Positions 9,840-21,289 of a DNA stretch of 64,000 bases are shown one piece after another (positions within the stretch are counted from its first letter, which is position 1; the number at the start of each line of letters is the position of its first letter). The translations under genes and the position numbers were made by a program. This DNA is from Candidatus Fermentibacterota bacterium (lineage in GTDB: Bacteria; Fermentibacterota; Fermentibacteria; Fermentibacterales; JCC-6), in assembly GCA_963845085.1 (NCBI GenBank), contig CAWJQI010000004.1, positions 835,232 through 899,231 of the forward strand, in the 5' to 3' direction. Below the pieces are notes generated by a model. That model was not told where the DNA came from. It saw only the letters and a list, made by a program, of their open reading frames with translations, and searched no databases.

Positions 9840-10699
9840 ACGGTTGCCAGTACCCCTCTGCCGGTTCCGGGTGTGTTGTCGAACACCTCGACGACATGGA
9901 CCAGGATACCGGGAAACATTCTTGGGAAATCACCGTGGAAGTAGGTGTGGGCAATGTTGGTGTACTCCACGATGCTTCTGGCGTACTCGCCCGCCTCCTC
10001 GTCGTCGGGGTGAACGAGCTGCCCGATCCCGCGCACCTCGTAGGACATGCTGTCAAGGAAAACAAGGGATGTAGCGGGCTCGGACATGAGGTTGAGGAAC
10101 GTGTGCGTCTCGAACTCGGGTGTGCTGTAGAGCTCAAGGCTGATGAGCTTGGTCATGTCGAAGTTTGATGCGTTGCCGTACATCTCCTCAAGAAAGCCGA
10201 TCTTTTCCGGCATCGGTGCGCCCCTGGTTTCGGTCATCAGCCGTATCTTGTCGCGGATGATCTCCCTGGAGGGGCAAAGCCCCATTCCCTTGAATGCGTT
10301 GTTGATCTCGAGGATGCTGTCGGCACGCCTGTAGCCCAGGGTGGCCATGGCAGCGTTGTGGGGGCCAGCAAGCGAGGGTGGTGTGCCGCCGCGCCCCGCC
10401 ATGAGGTCACCCAGCCCGGAGAGCATTTCAAGCCTGGCGGAAAGGTTCCAGTCGACGAATCCCTGCGGAAGGGCGGACACGGAGAAATCCCTCCACTCGC
10501 CGTTCACCCTGGCCCGGACAAAGCCGGTCTGTTCACCCGAAGCATCGACACAGTCCTGGCGGAATGAACCTTCGTTCCAGAAAGTGTCCATTACAACGCC
10601 TTCAAGCTCGCGTGCCAACGCTTCTCCCCCTGCCACTGAAGAGACCAGAGCGGCGCCACCCAGTCTGCCTGCCTTCTCGAGGAACCTTCTGCGGGTCAT
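9836..10699 (-). CDS. Tat-exported protein, probable pyridoxamine-5'-phosphate-oxidase-like split barrel
   Basis: MTRRRFL twin-arginine signal; HTFLNL..EPATSLVF..SYEVRG. Confidence 0.6.
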   Translation of the reverse strand: MTRRRFLEKAGRLGGAALVSSVAGGEALARELEGVVMDTFWNEGSFRQDCVDASGEQTGFVRARVNGEWRDFSVSALPQGFVDWNLSARLEMLSGLGDLMAGRGGTPPSLAGPHNAAMATLGYRRADSILEINNAFKGMGLCPSREIIRDKIRLMTETRGAPMPEKIGFLEEMYGNASNFDMTKLISLELYSTPEFETHTFLNLMSEPATSLVFLDSMSYEVRGIGQLVHPDDEEAGEYARSIVEYTNIAHTYFHGDFPRMFPGILVHVVEVFDNTPGTGRGVLATV

Positions 10700-10774
10700 T
10701 TTTTTCCCTGACAAAGCCACTCCCTTCTGCACTGGCGGTGTTCGAAACATTTCGGTTATTTTCAGCGCAACCGT

Positions 10775-12886
10775 TTGAACTCTACCCGAAAGGAATACAG
10801 ATTGTCCAGGCTTGCGGAATCCGCCCGGCGGGGTGATTTGTCTGAACTGACCGATCAGTGGACCGATGCACTCATCAAGTCACCACCCGTCGGCGACATG
10901 ATCGAGGCGCTCGAAGTCCTCACAGCCTCCGGCAGGGCCGGAGATGCACTTCTGCTGGCCGAAACGGCCGCCGAGGAGATGGATGCCTCGGGCTCAGCCT
11001 GCACGCTGGATTTCGTCAGCGGCGCAGCAGCGCTTTTCGAGAGATCCCCGGTTCTGAGGCGGGTGCTGGTTGAAGCCCTGCGTGACCGTCACATTCTCTA
11101 CGAGCCCCTCGAGCGGTTCCTTGAAAAAAGCGGCCTTCTCACCGATGCCCGACCTCTGAATGCATCCTGGGGAAGAATGAACAACCTCCTCAGGCTTCAG
11201 CAGGGGGCCTACATGCTGCACCCCACATATGGCCCGGGCCAGATCCTCAGGATCACCCGCTCCGCGTTCACGGTGAACTTCCAGAAGTCCCGTGATCACG
11301 ACATGACACTTGATGCGGTGATCGAGACGACAAGGCCCGTTGATGAGAACTCGATTTTCGTTCTGACCTGGAAGGATCCCGATGCCCTCGAAAGACTTCT
11401 CTCGAACGGTGGGCCCTCCCTCCTCGAAAGGGCGATGAAGGATCTTTCCGCAGACGGCCGCCTCACCCGGACTTCCGTTTCCTCATCGCTTGCGGGAACC
11501 GGTCTTGGCGCCACTGCCTTCTGGAATGCATTCCGCACCGCCGCAAAGTCATCCCAGGGATATGCCCTGATCGGCGAGGAGATTTTCGTGCAGAAGGGCT
11601 CTTCAACGGTCGAAAGGGTGAAGGACCTGTTGGGCTCCCGCGGTATGCCGCTCTCGGAGAAGGCCCGTATACTCGAGGGGCTTCTTGTCTCCGATTCGCA
11701 TGCCTCCCGGGAGGAGCTTTCGTCACTCGTGCCGCTGGTATGTTCCGGGAAGTGCGTTGAAAGCGGAGCCGCATTCGAACTGGTATGGCTTCTGGGCGGC
11801 GGCGCGATCCCCGTTGATGCTGACCCGATTGCCGGAACGCTTCTTGAACCCACTGCATCGCGGGTGCTTCGAGCCCTCTCTGAAATGCACTCACAGGGGT
11901 GCAGAAAGGAATACCTCACCCGGTTCGTCCTGTCGGCCCCGGCTGCCGGGCAGCTCACCGAACTGCTTGACAGCCTCCCAAGAGGACCTCGCCAGATCTG
12001 CCGTGACATCCTCAAGGATTCCAACCCGGCCTTCCTTGCAGGCTACATCGCGGGGTGCCTGTCCGATCCCTCCCGGATGGAACTGCATCTCTGGGGGCTC
12101 GAGCAGGCTGCCGAAGCGGGCGACCTTCTCCCGCCCGAAGATGTCACCGCACAGATACTGAAGAACATCTCGAGGGCGAAGGCCGACACTCAGAAAAGGT
12201 TGTGCACCCTTTTGATGAACCGCCTGAGGCCGTCCTTCGAAAGCCACATCGCATGCCTCGACACGCGCAGACTTGAGCGGCTTGCGGAAGAACTCGACCT
12301 TCTGGGGAGCGCTCACGAGACCGCACTGCTTCTTCTTGTGAGAAGGCAGCTCAACAGCCGCAAGACGGGTGACATGTCGCGAAGAAAACACTTCTGGGAG
12401 ACCCAGGCCGTCTTCTCGAGCCCTTCACGGATCTCAGCGCTTCACGACGAGATGGACAGGCTGCAACAGAAGGACATACCAGCCGCTGCCGAGGCCATTG
12501 CCGAGGCTGCATCGCACGGCGACCTCTCCGAGAATGCCGAATACAAGGCCGCCATGGAAAGACGTGACCTGCTCCTCGACACCCTCGACCGCCGCAGCAA
12601 GCTTCTCGCGATCATGAGACCCTACCCGGAACAGGATCTCTCCGACCGCGTTGTGGCTCCGGGAACCCGTGTCATCATCGAGGCGCTGGATGATTCCGGA
12701 GACTCGAGGGTACTCGGCATCGTCGGTCCTCTCGACACCGACCCCGAGCGGGGATGGATAAACTACCAGGCACCCCTGGGCGCTGCGCTTCTGGGGCGCG
12801 CCACGGGAGATACCGTCACCCTTCCGGGGGAAGAGAGGTCATGGCGGGTCTCGGGGATCGAGATTCTCGCCGAGGTCCTTTCATGA
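10775..12886 (+). CDS. greA: Long transcription elongation factor GreA-like protein with a ~550-aa N-terminal extension
   Basis: C-terminal AASHGDLSENAEYKAA and INYQAPLGAALLG. Confidence 0.8.
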   Translation: MNSTRKEYRLSRLAESARRGDLSELTDQWTDALIKSPPVGDMIEALEVLTASGRAGDALLLAETAAEEMDASGSACTLDFVSGAAALFERSPVLRRVLVEALRDRHILYEPLERFLEKSGLLTDARPLNASWGRMNNLLRLQQGAYMLHPTYGPGQILRITRSAFTVNFQKSRDHDMTLDAVIETTRPVDENSIFVLTWKDPDALERLLSNGGPSLLERAMKDLSADGRLTRTSVSSSLAGTGLGATAFWNAFRTAAKSSQGYALIGEEIFVQKGSSTVERVKDLLGSRGMPLSEKARILEGLLVSDSHASREELSSLVPLVCSGKCVESGAAFELVWLLGGGAIPVDADPIAGTLLEPTASRVLRALSEMHSQGCRKEYLTRFVLSAPAAGQLTELLDSLPRGPRQICRDILKDSNPAFLAGYIAGCLSDPSRMELHLWGLEQAAEAGDLLPPEDVTAQILKNISRAKADTQKRLCTLLMNRLRPSFESHIACLDTRRLERLAEELDLLGSAHETALLLLVRRQLNSRKTGDMSRRKHFWETQAVFSSPSRISALHDEMDRLQQKDIPAAAEAIAEAASHGDLSENAEYKAAMERRDLLLDTLDRRSKLLAIMRPYPEQDLSDRVVAPGTRVIIEALDDSGDSRVLGIVGPLDTDPERGWINYQAPLGAALLGRATGDTVTLPGEERSWRVSGIEILAEVLS

Positions 12887-13158
12887 AGTGCCCGGAATGC
12901 GGTCATGAGAGCCAAGACAAGGTGATGTTCTCATCTGCGTGTGAAAAGTGTTTCACATGGCTGCACTGCTGTCGCTGCTGCTCGCTCTTTCAGGCCGCCA
13001 CGGGCCGTTGCCGCTCCCATACGACGGAGTATTCCGGCCCTCCCGAAGAAAGGAACTTCTGCGACGAGTTCGCTCCGGGCTCACCGGCTGCGCGGAGTTC
13101 GGACGATGGCTCCGCCAGAACGAAGTTCAACAGGCTGTTCGGCGAAGATGAAGGGTGA
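12883..13158 (+). CDS. Small Cys-rich zinc-binding protein
   Basis: CPEC, CEKC, HCCRCC, C, NFCDEF; ATGA overlap with greA. Confidence 0.7.
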   Translation: MKCPECGHESQDKVMFSSACEKCFTWLHCCRCCSLFQAATGRCRSHTTEYSGPPEERNFCDEFAPGSPAARSSDDGSARTKFNRLFGEDEG

Positions 13159-13161
13159 GCC

Positions 13162-14205
13162 GTGAGGATCCTGATAGCGTCCACCGCAACGATTCCCTGC
13201 TATTCAGGAGGCTGGTCGACCCCGCTTGACCTGTTTGGCAGCACGCACCAGGCGATGTATCTCATAACCGGCTTCCGGCTCGGTCTCTGGAGGATGGAAG
13301 GCGTTCCGATCCTGGGGCTCGGGATACCCGGACACAGGTTCAGGAACAAGTTCTCCGAGCGTGTCCGCTGCAAGGTGGAACGAGAGCTTGTGCCTCTCGG
13401 CATCAAGTTGTGCGCAGGTCGCTTCCGAGCCGATCTTGTCCTCTGTCTTGACGAACTGGCCGGCTTTGCGGCAATGAAGGCCGGCGTTCCGTTCGCCATG
13501 CGTTTTCACCAGAAGGTTCACCATGATACCGACCTCACCGCCCTCAAGACCCTCACCGACAGGGCGCTTTTCTCCACCGCATCACAGACTGCGGACGTTC
13601 CGGGAACCATTGTGCTGCAGCACTTCGAGGACATGTCCCGCTTTGCCTTTTCGGAAATGAAACGGCCTGAAAGGGCACTTCTGCTCTGTGTGCTCAACGA
13701 CGAGCACCGTCCCGAGGATTTTGTCGAAGGGATAATGCTTTCGCGCTCCATGAAGGGCGATATCATCGGTGCTGGCCCGCTCACGGACAAACTGCGCAGA
13801 CTCTGCTCCTCAACGGGTGGGAGGGTGAGGCTTCTGCCCCCGCTGCCCCGCCTCAGGCTCGGTGAGCTGTCGGGGAGGTATCAGGTGGGTGTCGCAACAC
13901 TTGCACCGAGACAGAGGCATGTGTACCAGATGAAGGTCGTGATGTACATGGCGTGCGGAATGCATGTGATTGCGAGCCCATGGACCGAGACCGTGCACAC
14001 AGCCCCTCATCTTCTGGATGTGTATGAGAGCCCCGTTGACCTTGCCCGGAAACTCGATGCTGTTCAGGAAGGCTGGCTGTCGCTCGAACAACGCAGGCTG
14101 CAAGCCCTGGAATGGGTGAGGGAGAATTACGACATCGAAACCCCGAGACGGCTTTTCAATGAACTGCTGAAGAAACACCTGCCGACGGGAAGAACTTCCC
14201 CCTGA
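13162..14205 (+). CDS. Glycosyltransferase (GT-B/GT4-like)
   Basis: MRILIAST, IIGAGP, MKVVMYMACG. Confidence 0.7.
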   Translation: MRILIASTATIPCYSGGWSTPLDLFGSTHQAMYLITGFRLGLWRMEGVPILGLGIPGHRFRNKFSERVRCKVERELVPLGIKLCAGRFRADLVLCLDELAGFAAMKAGVPFAMRFHQKVHHDTDLTALKTLTDRALFSTASQTADVPGTIVLQHFEDMSRFAFSEMKRPERALLLCVLNDEHRPEDFVEGIMLSRSMKGDIIGAGPLTDKLRRLCSSTGGRVRLLPPLPRLRLGELSGRYQVGVATLAPRQRHVYQMKVVMYMACGMHVIASPWTETVHTAPHLLDVYESPVDLARKLDAVQEGWLSLEQRRLQALEWVRENYDIETPRRLFNELLKKHLPTGRTSP

Positions 14206-15745
14206 TCCTGCCGGCGAGTGCTGACAGGGTTCGGCACCGCAAAACCACCAATGCCGTGATGTACGCAACCGACCCGGACAGGCAGTAGACCGAAAGCCTG
14301 AGCAGTCGGTCGAGGAACGGTTTCTCCGCCTCGAATGGGAACAGAAACCGCAGCAGGATCATTACCCCAACCATGACGACCACGGCTCCAAGCATTTTGA
14401 GCTGCTCCGGGACTATGCTTCTGAGGCCGAGACCCCCCAGTTTCCGGGAAAGTGCCCATGTCTGGTGGAATGCCTTGAACGTTGAAGAAAGCGTGGTGGC
14501 AAGAGCCAGCCCGCCGATGCCCAGTGGGCCGATGAGTATGAAATTCATTAAAACATTCATTACAAGCCCTATCACGCCGATCGCTACTGGCGTGGCAGAG
14601 TCTCTGAGGGCATAGAAGACTTTTGCTGTCAGAGTGAAAAGCCCGCTTCTCAAGAGCCAGGGAGCATAGAATGCCAGGGCGTAAGCCACATATCCTGCGT
14701 TATCAGGGGTGAAGCTGCCTCTCTGGAACAACACGCTCACGATGGGAAAAGCAGCCGTTGTGAGCAGAGCTGCCAATGGAAACATCACTATCGAGGTCTG
14801 ATTCAACCCGGACCTGAGGTTTTCAAGAAGAGGACCCTGTTCGCCCCTGGCCGCCTTGGCCGAATAGCTGATCTCGGCCATCACTGCAAAGGGGGCGAAG
14901 GCGACTGCAAAGACGATGTTCTTGATTCTGTCCGCGTAGTCCAGCGCTGTTATCGAACTTGCCATGAGGAACGAGGCAAGGATCTTGTCTGCGACCGGGC
15001 CGAGAAAGCCCGCCAGAGTGCCGATCATTACGGGTCCCGCCATCTTTACCAGCTGTGCGAGATGGGCATCTTTCTCGATCACGGGCTTCAGGTGATACCC
15101 GCTCCTCACTGCGCATGCAAAGAGGTAGACAAATGATACAGCGACTCCTGCAGTGATCGACCAGGGAAGGATCATAACTCCCCAGCGCGAGCCCACGGCG
15201 AAGAGCATTGCTGTCGAAACTGCAAGGTCGAGAACTCCGGCAAGCCCCAGGGTTGAAAAGCGCTTCTCGAACTGGATGAAATTGGTGAGTATCCCTCCCA
15301 GGGCCTTGAGAAGAACCATCGGAACGAGAAGCCTCAGCATGACCGAAGCCATCGCGAGCATGTCCGAAGAGCCTCCCGGGCTCACAGCGGTTACGGCATG
15401 TCTGGACCACGCAAAGAGCACGACCATGAGAACGGAGCCTGAAACCGCCACCCATGTCAGAACCAGGTTGACAAAGCGAATTGCTCCGGCCCGTCCCCTT
15501 TGTTCCATGACACGGGCGTAAATCGGCAGAAAGGTGGATCCGAAGGAATGGGTGATCAGATCCCGAACGAGAAAGGGCAGGACCAATGCAACGGCAAAGG
15601 CATCGGTTTTCCAGTCGGCGCCGAAGAGCCTTGCGATCCCGGCGAACCTCAGGTACGAAAGAACAGCCACGAGAAGGTTCGTCAGGGAGAGAACGGAAAA
15701 CCCGAAAACCGCACCCTGGGGTTTTGGTGCTTCCCTCGTTGTCAT
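14156..15745 (-). CDS. murJ: MurJ/MviN family flippase
   Basis: About 14 TM segments; LFGA..TDAF, DKILAS, FQRGSF, KVFYALRD..TP, GLALAT. Confidence 0.88.
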   Translation of the reverse strand: MTTREAPKPQGAVFGFSVLSLTNLLVAVLSYLRFAGIARLFGADWKTDAFAVALVLPFLVRDLITHSFGSTFLPIYARVMEQRGRAGAIRFVNLVLTWVAVSGSVLMVVLFAWSRHAVTAVSPGGSSDMLAMASVMLRLLVPMVLLKALGGILTNFIQFEKRFSTLGLAGVLDLAVSTAMLFAVGSRWGVMILPWSITAGVAVSFVYLFACAVRSGYHLKPVIEKDAHLAQLVKMAGPVMIGTLAGFLGPVADKILASFLMASSITALDYADRIKNIVFAVAFAPFAVMAEISYSAKAARGEQGPLLENLRSGLNQTSIVMFPLAALLTTAAFPIVSVLFQRGSFTPDNAGYVAYALAFYAPWLLRSGLFTLTAKVFYALRDSATPVAIGVIGLVMNVLMNFILIGPLGIGGLALATTLSSTFKAFHQTWALSRKLGGLGLRSIVPEQLKMLGAVVVMVGVMILLRFLFPFEAEKPFLDRLLRLSVYCLSGSVAYITALVVLRCRTLSALAGRIRGKFFPSAGVSSAVH

Positions 15746-15785
15746 CAGCTTGCCGGAAAGCGAATCGCGGGCACTGCGCCGGCCA

Positions 15786-17015
15786 CTATTTGCGCTTGCG
15801 TCGGAAATCCGACCTTACATCGTTGAACAGATCGTTCCAGGCATTCCAGGAATCGGGCTTTTCAACCCTCATCTCATTCCACTTTTCCCTTGCCAGCAGA
15901 TAGCAGCACAGGATGAAGACCGTGGCAAGGAACACCTCGATCCAGATGTAAAGCTTTTTTGGTCTGCTTTTCCACCCGGGATCGCCGGGAGCATCAAGGA
16001 TACGGAGCGTGGAATGAATGGACTCCTCCTGAGTGATGGCCTGTTGAAGGCTTATCGTGAGCATCGAGACCATTTTGATCTGAACCTCGTAGTCGGTTCT
16101 GAGCCTTGCATATTCGAGCATGGCGATCGGAAGCTGGTCCACCCGGATGCCGATGTCGATCCCGCCGGCGATGCTGCCCGACTCGATCTCGGAAATGGCC
16201 CTGCTTATGGCAGCAGCCTCTGCATCAAGCTCGGAAAGGCTCGCGCTGTTCCCGCCTCTGATGCCGCTTCGGGCTGCGTTGGCAGCGATGACCGCCTCGA
16301 GATACTGGGCCTTCATCTGGGAAAGAACATCCATGAGCTGTGACAGGATTGCATCGGGCGAGATGTAACCGTAGTTCTCCTCGAAGGCGATGAGCGAGGC
16401 TCCGGTGACGGCAAGTGCGCTGTCGGCGGAACTCAGCTGCCTTTGGAGAAGTTCGCGGTCCTCGATCTGCCGCTGGGTGAGTACGGAAATGTTCACGCTG
16501 TCGAGGGCGGCAATGACCGCCTCCGCCACAATGATCGAAAACTCTGGAGTGCCCGTCGTGACCTCTATCTGGATGAAACCCGAAGATGTTGTCGTGGCGC
16601 TGTAGTTTTTACGGAACTGCTTTCGGGCGAGGTAAAGGGCCGTGTAGGGCTGTCTTTCGTATCTCTGGTCAAGGTCAACGGTTTCGAGATAACCTGTCTT
16701 TATCATCACATGATCGATCAGGGAACGGCTGTTGAGAATTGTCACGTAAACGTCGCCCAGGGTGGTCATGAGGGGGAGTGAATAGCCCATGCCGCCGCTG
16801 AAGAAGCCCGCGAGTTCACCTAACGCAAGCCCGCCCATGTTCAGCCCGGAAAGGTTCTGTTCCTCGGGAGGGAGGATGACGGAAGTGACAGTGTACTTCT
16901 TTGGGAGAATGTACGTGATGCCGATCGTGAGTGCCATAACGATCAGGATGGTTCTGATCAGAAATTTCCGGTTTATCAAAAGAAGGTACATAAGTTTGGC
17001 CGGTGCGCTCTGCAT
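15786..17015 (-). CDS. Wzz/GumC-type chain length determinant
   Basis: Two terminal TM segments, PKKYT...ILPP, coiled coil, ILDAP...KSRPKK. Confidence 0.85.
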   Translation of the reverse strand: MQSAPAKLMYLLLINRKFLIRTILIVMALTIGITYILPKKYTVTSVILPPEEQNLSGLNMGGLALGELAGFFSGGMGYSLPLMTTLGDVYVTILNSRSLIDHVMIKTGYLETVDLDQRYERQPYTALYLARKQFRKNYSATTTSSGFIQIEVTTGTPEFSIIVAEAVIAALDSVNISVLTQRQIEDRELLQRQLSSADSALAVTGASLIAFEENYGYISPDAILSQLMDVLSQMKAQYLEAVIAANAARSGIRGGNSASLSELDAEAAAISRAISEIESGSIAGGIDIGIRVDQLPIAMLEYARLRTDYEVQIKMVSMLTISLQQAITQEESIHSTLRILDAPGDPGWKSRPKKLYIWIEVFLATVFILCCYLLAREKWNEMRVEKPDSWNAWNDLFNDVRSDFRRKRK

Positions 17016-17025
17016 GGTGATTTTC

Positions 17026-18499
17026 TCACTCCCTCAAGGATTCGGGCGATGGATCCGCCCATTCTTCGCTCACGCGGTCTTCTGCGGTAATATATGGATT
17101 ACCGGGCTGTTTCCGCCCGATTACGGCGAGCAGCCCCATCACTATCCAGAAGAAAGCACCGGTTTGCGGCCATTGCAGAAGATTGTCAACAAGCTGGTGT
17201 GCCGCGAAGGCTGTGAGTCCGGAAATCATGCCGACACATAGGTCACTTGCGCCCCTTGTCCGAAACGCCTTGACGGAGGCGAATGCTGCAGCGCCTGCAA
17301 TGAGCATCAGGGAGATGGCTGAGGCTATGCCCCCCTTCAGCACCATGTCGAAGATCAGGCTGTTCAATCCACCGAAGTGTTCGATATGATCCGTACTCCT
17401 CTCGTGCCTCGCCTCCCAGAAACTGTAAAGGCTCGATCCGCTGGAGAAGTACTCCCTGGCCCCCCATCCAACTCCGGTCAGGGGATGAGCGCTGATATCC
17501 ATGATGTATCTGCTGTAGGTGACATACCTGTGGATCAATGTTGCTTCGATGACTGTACTGGAAGGGTCGGTCAAAAGCACGAGCTGGCGGTTGAACATCT
17601 CTGCGTTGCTGAAAATGAAGGCTGAAAAGATGGAAATGGCAAGAATGGGCACCCATACCCGCTTTCTGAAGCGGAAGATGAGATACGCCAGACAGGCAAG
17701 GGTTATGGTTATGAACCCTCCCCTTGAGTAAGTGTAGAGGCCGTTCAGAACCCCCAGCCCTGCCGAAAGAAAGCCAAGGGCTTTCCATTTCTTGTTGCGG
17801 AAGAAGAAAGACGCTGCAAGGGTTGTGGGAACGGTCAGTTCCAGAAAGCCCGAGTAGCTGTTGGCTCCGCCCCTGATTGTAGCGAAGGCGCGGCCCTGGA
17901 TGTTGTAGCCTGAAGCCACCTCGCCCACCGACCATGCCGCCCCCGTGTGGAACTGGATGATGCCGTACACTGACAGAACAAAAAGGGTTACAACGACGGC
18001 CTTCAGCATCCTCTCGAACCAGGGCGGCCTGCCGTACCAGTCCATAATGATCAGTGCAAGCGGTGCGTGAATGAAGAACTTGTGAGATTCACGAAAGGCG
18101 TTGAGGAAGTGCTGGCCGTTGGCGTGAACTGATACAATCAGGGACACCATCTGGGCAAGGTAGGCGAACAGCACAAGCCATGAAAAGCCGCCGAACCTGC
18201 AGACAGCCGTACCGGTAGAAATCTTTGCGACAAGGTACACCAGATAACCCGAGCATCATGAACACCACGGAGAGAAAAACAGGGAACGGACCAAGGCTTA
18301 CCTCCTGATACCCAGCGCAATAAGAATGGAAGAATGAGAAGCCAGCTTTCTGGGATCGGGAACTGCGAAAAGCAGCGAGGGGAAAGCCGGGGAGAAGCAT
18401 GGCAGGGAAGGGCCGGCTGCCGGGCAGCATCATGATGCAGGCGATGAAGTAGAGGATGATGAAGCCTGCAACGGCCAGAGTTCTCTTAAGCTGAGACAT
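17026..18499 (-). CDS. O-antigen ligase/polymerase (Wzy_C/WaaL family); 5' part frameshifted, start approximate
   Basis: RAFAT..GAN, TYSRGG, HPLTGVGWG; N-terminal hydrophobic part lies in the frame of ORF 18089-18640. Confidence 0.78.
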
Positions 18500-18557
18500 G
18501 AGGGCTTTCGATGCGGTCGGGGCGGGGCTGAACTGCTGTTCTGGAAGGAACCCTACA

Positions 18558-19949
18558 TTACAGCACCTTTCGGAAACCATGAACCGGACCAGGACCCTCG
18601 AATATAGCGGCACTCGAAGGTGAAGCCCCGTCAGGGACATTAAAGAAGGCTCGAGGCTCGTTCACGGGTTCTCCGGATGGTATTCCTGAGCCTTTCGAAA
18701 CGCCCCGGCACGATGCGCAGCAAGGCACCACAACCCTTGCAGATGACAACTGCCAACTGCTTCTGACAGACATCGCAGAATCGGAGGGAAGCGCTTTTCT
18801 GTGTCCTGCATGCCTGAAGCCCTCGCCTTCGCCGATCAGGCGCAGGCGGCTGTCGATAAGGGCTCCGATGGCGGAAGCGCTGTGAAAACGAGCCATGTAC
18901 CGACTTGCACGCATACCGATTGAAGCAGCCAGCTCCCTGTCGGAGTAGACAAGCCTCATCTTGACTGCTGCGTCGTCAAGATCGGGCACTGCCCAGATCG
19001 ATCCTTTTTCATACGGTGGATCGGTTTCTTCCAGAGGCTCAAGGCTGAACCTGACTGGAAGGGAGTTGTCAACGTTCATGAAATCGGTGTTTCCACTCCA
19101 GCCGGTTGCGATTACCGGCTTGCCCATTGCCATTGCTTCAGCCATGCCCAGGCCAAAACCCTCCGCACGGTGGAGCGATACGAATGAGTCGCACGAGGCC
19201 ATGAGAACGGAACGTTCTCCGGGATCAAGCTGACGGTCTATGAAGGTGACCCTCAACCCCTCGGCGGATGACATGAGCGACGCCATCCGGTCCGGGCAGT
19301 CATTGCTCCGTTCAGCGATTTCAGCACGAGCCTGACTGGCTGGGAGGGATCGAATGCTTTTCTGAAATGCTTCGACCACGCCCATCGGGTTCTTTCTGGA
19401 GAAAGTGCTGTGAAAATCGAAGGAGAAAAGAAAAAGGAACTCGCCGGTGTCAAGCCCGAATCTTCGCCTGTCAGCAGCCGGTACAACGGGTTGCACCACA
19501 TGAGGCATGACAAGGACCGGTACCGGTGATGCCATGGAGATTCCCCGGGCCATGAAGCTGCCGCCCACCCAGATCTCGTCGACAAGCGCGAACCTGTCAC
19601 GCCATTTGGCGGGGAAGACCGGTGTTTCCCATGCCCAGATACCTATGGTGTAACGATTCGGAGAAGAAGGCTGACCCGATACGCTTCTGGAAAGGTTGAC
19701 AACAGATCAGGGTTGATATGCACGATGTTCAGCGGGTGAAGGTTTCGTTCCCCCCTGACCGTTCGCAGCAAAGGTGTATTTTCGGAATTGGTCCCGCGGC
19801 CGGGAAGCAGTTCGTCCGCATCGATGCGCAAAACACCATACCCCAGCCCTTCGAGAGCTTCGATGTAACCGCGGGCGGCCTCCCCAGCCCGAACCCGGCC
19901 TCAAGATAGCCCGCATAGTTGACACCCGTGACAGGGCCAGTGCATTCAC
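18558..19949 (-). CDS. GT4 glycosyltransferase broken by several frameshifts
   Basis: GVNYAGYL..GFGLG, NIVHINPD, IWAWET, RKNPMGVVEAF and SLHRAEGFGLGMAEAM are spread across different frames. Confidence 0.75.
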
Positions 19950-20113
19950 GAGCCGTCAGAGAAACCCCCTTAAACGCCGGTCGCACCGAATGTTCGGAGT
20001 ATTGCGCCGGGCATCGTTGCATGCCGGAACGACTGCAATCCTGGTCAGGCGATCCGTGTGCGGTCGATCCGAATTCCACAGGTCATGGAATGAATCGGTA
20101 ATATATTCCGACA

Positions 20114-21289
20114 ATGGAAAAAAACGCATATTCTGCAGCCCTGACTGTATTTCACATGCTCCCTTCCGGAGGGGGAGCCAGGCTTGCAGCCCAGAACATC
20201 AGGTTCCTCGCGCGCAGGTTTTCAGTCACCCTTCACAATGTTGAAGGTTCAGTCGATCTTCCGGTACCCGGTGAAGTTAAGGTCAGACGGTATCCCTTTC
20301 CGAAGGGAAGGCGTCTGGGGGGAGCCGCAAGAATGCTCGCCCCGCTGCTGCTCATGAAGAGGCTTGCATGCTTCCGCAAGCTGTGCCGTTCGATTGCGGA
20401 GGAGATCAACGACTCCGGAGCCCCCGCGCTTGTCCACAACAGCATGGTGATCGCCGCCCCTCCGCTCCTTGACCATCTCAGAGTGCGCTCGCTCTACTTC
20501 TGTTACGAATATCCCAGGCACCTCTATGAGAAGGGCTGCATCACGCGCACCGGCAGCCGTCTTGGTGACCTGCTGCTGGGCCCGTTGGAGAGGGAGGAGC
20601 GCCGCAGCGATTTCGCCTCCATGAAGTGTGCACAAAGGGTCGCAACCTTCTCCCCCTACATGCAGCGAAGACTCATGGAAATCTACGACGTAAACTCTGA
20701 TGCGGTCTTTCCCGGAGTGGATTCAACCTGTTTCACTCCTGAGGCCGAATGGTCGCCCGGGAAACATCTGCTATCCGTGGGTGCCCTGTGGCCATTCAAG
20801 GGACACGATACGGCGATCAGGGCGGCAGCCCTCTTGCCGGGGGCGGCAAGACAGCCTCTATGCATTGTGGCCGACAGGGAGTTCCCCGGGTACGGCGCCC
20901 GACTCGAGCGGCTTGCAGCAGGGCTGGGTGTCGAGATCAGGATCTGCAGGGGCGTGGACGATACCGAGCTGCTCCGGTTGTACCGTGAAGCCTCGGCTGT
21001 TCTCTGTCTTCAGAGGAATGAGCCGTACGGGCTCGTCCCACTTGAAGCCATGGCCTGCGCGAGGCCTGTCCTGGCCAGAAACTCCGGAGGGCTGCCCGAT
21101 AATGTCGCCCACGGAGAAAACGGCCTTCTTGTTGGTGATTCCGCACCGGAAGCTGCGGAGTCGCTTCTGTCGGTGCTTTCCAACCCGGCATTGGCGAAGG
21201 GGCTCGGGGCTGCCGGAAGGGCCTTCGTGCTCGCCCACAGGACAGTCGAGGGGTGTGCTGAAAGGCTGTCCGCGCTGCTGCCCATCTGA
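20114..21289 (+). CDS. GT4 glycosyltransferase
   Basis: SVGALWPFKG, EPYGLVPLEAMAC, ENGLL. Confidence 0.9.
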   Translation: MEKNAYSAALTVFHMLPSGGGARLAAQNIRFLARRFSVTLHNVEGSVDLPVPGEVKVRRYPFPKGRRLGGAARMLAPLLLMKRLACFRKLCRSIAEEINDSGAPALVHNSMVIAAPPLLDHLRVRSLYFCYEYPRHLYEKGCITRTGSRLGDLLLGPLEREERRSDFASMKCAQRVATFSPYMQRRLMEIYDVNSDAVFPGVDSTCFTPEAEWSPGKHLLSVGALWPFKGHDTAIRAAALLPGAARQPLCIVADREFPGYGARLERLAAGLGVEIRICRGVDDTELLRLYREASAVLCLQRNEPYGLVPLEAMACARPVLARNSGGLPDNVAHGENGLLVGDSAPEAAESLLSVLSNPALAKGLGAAGRAFVLAHRTVEGCAERLSALLPI

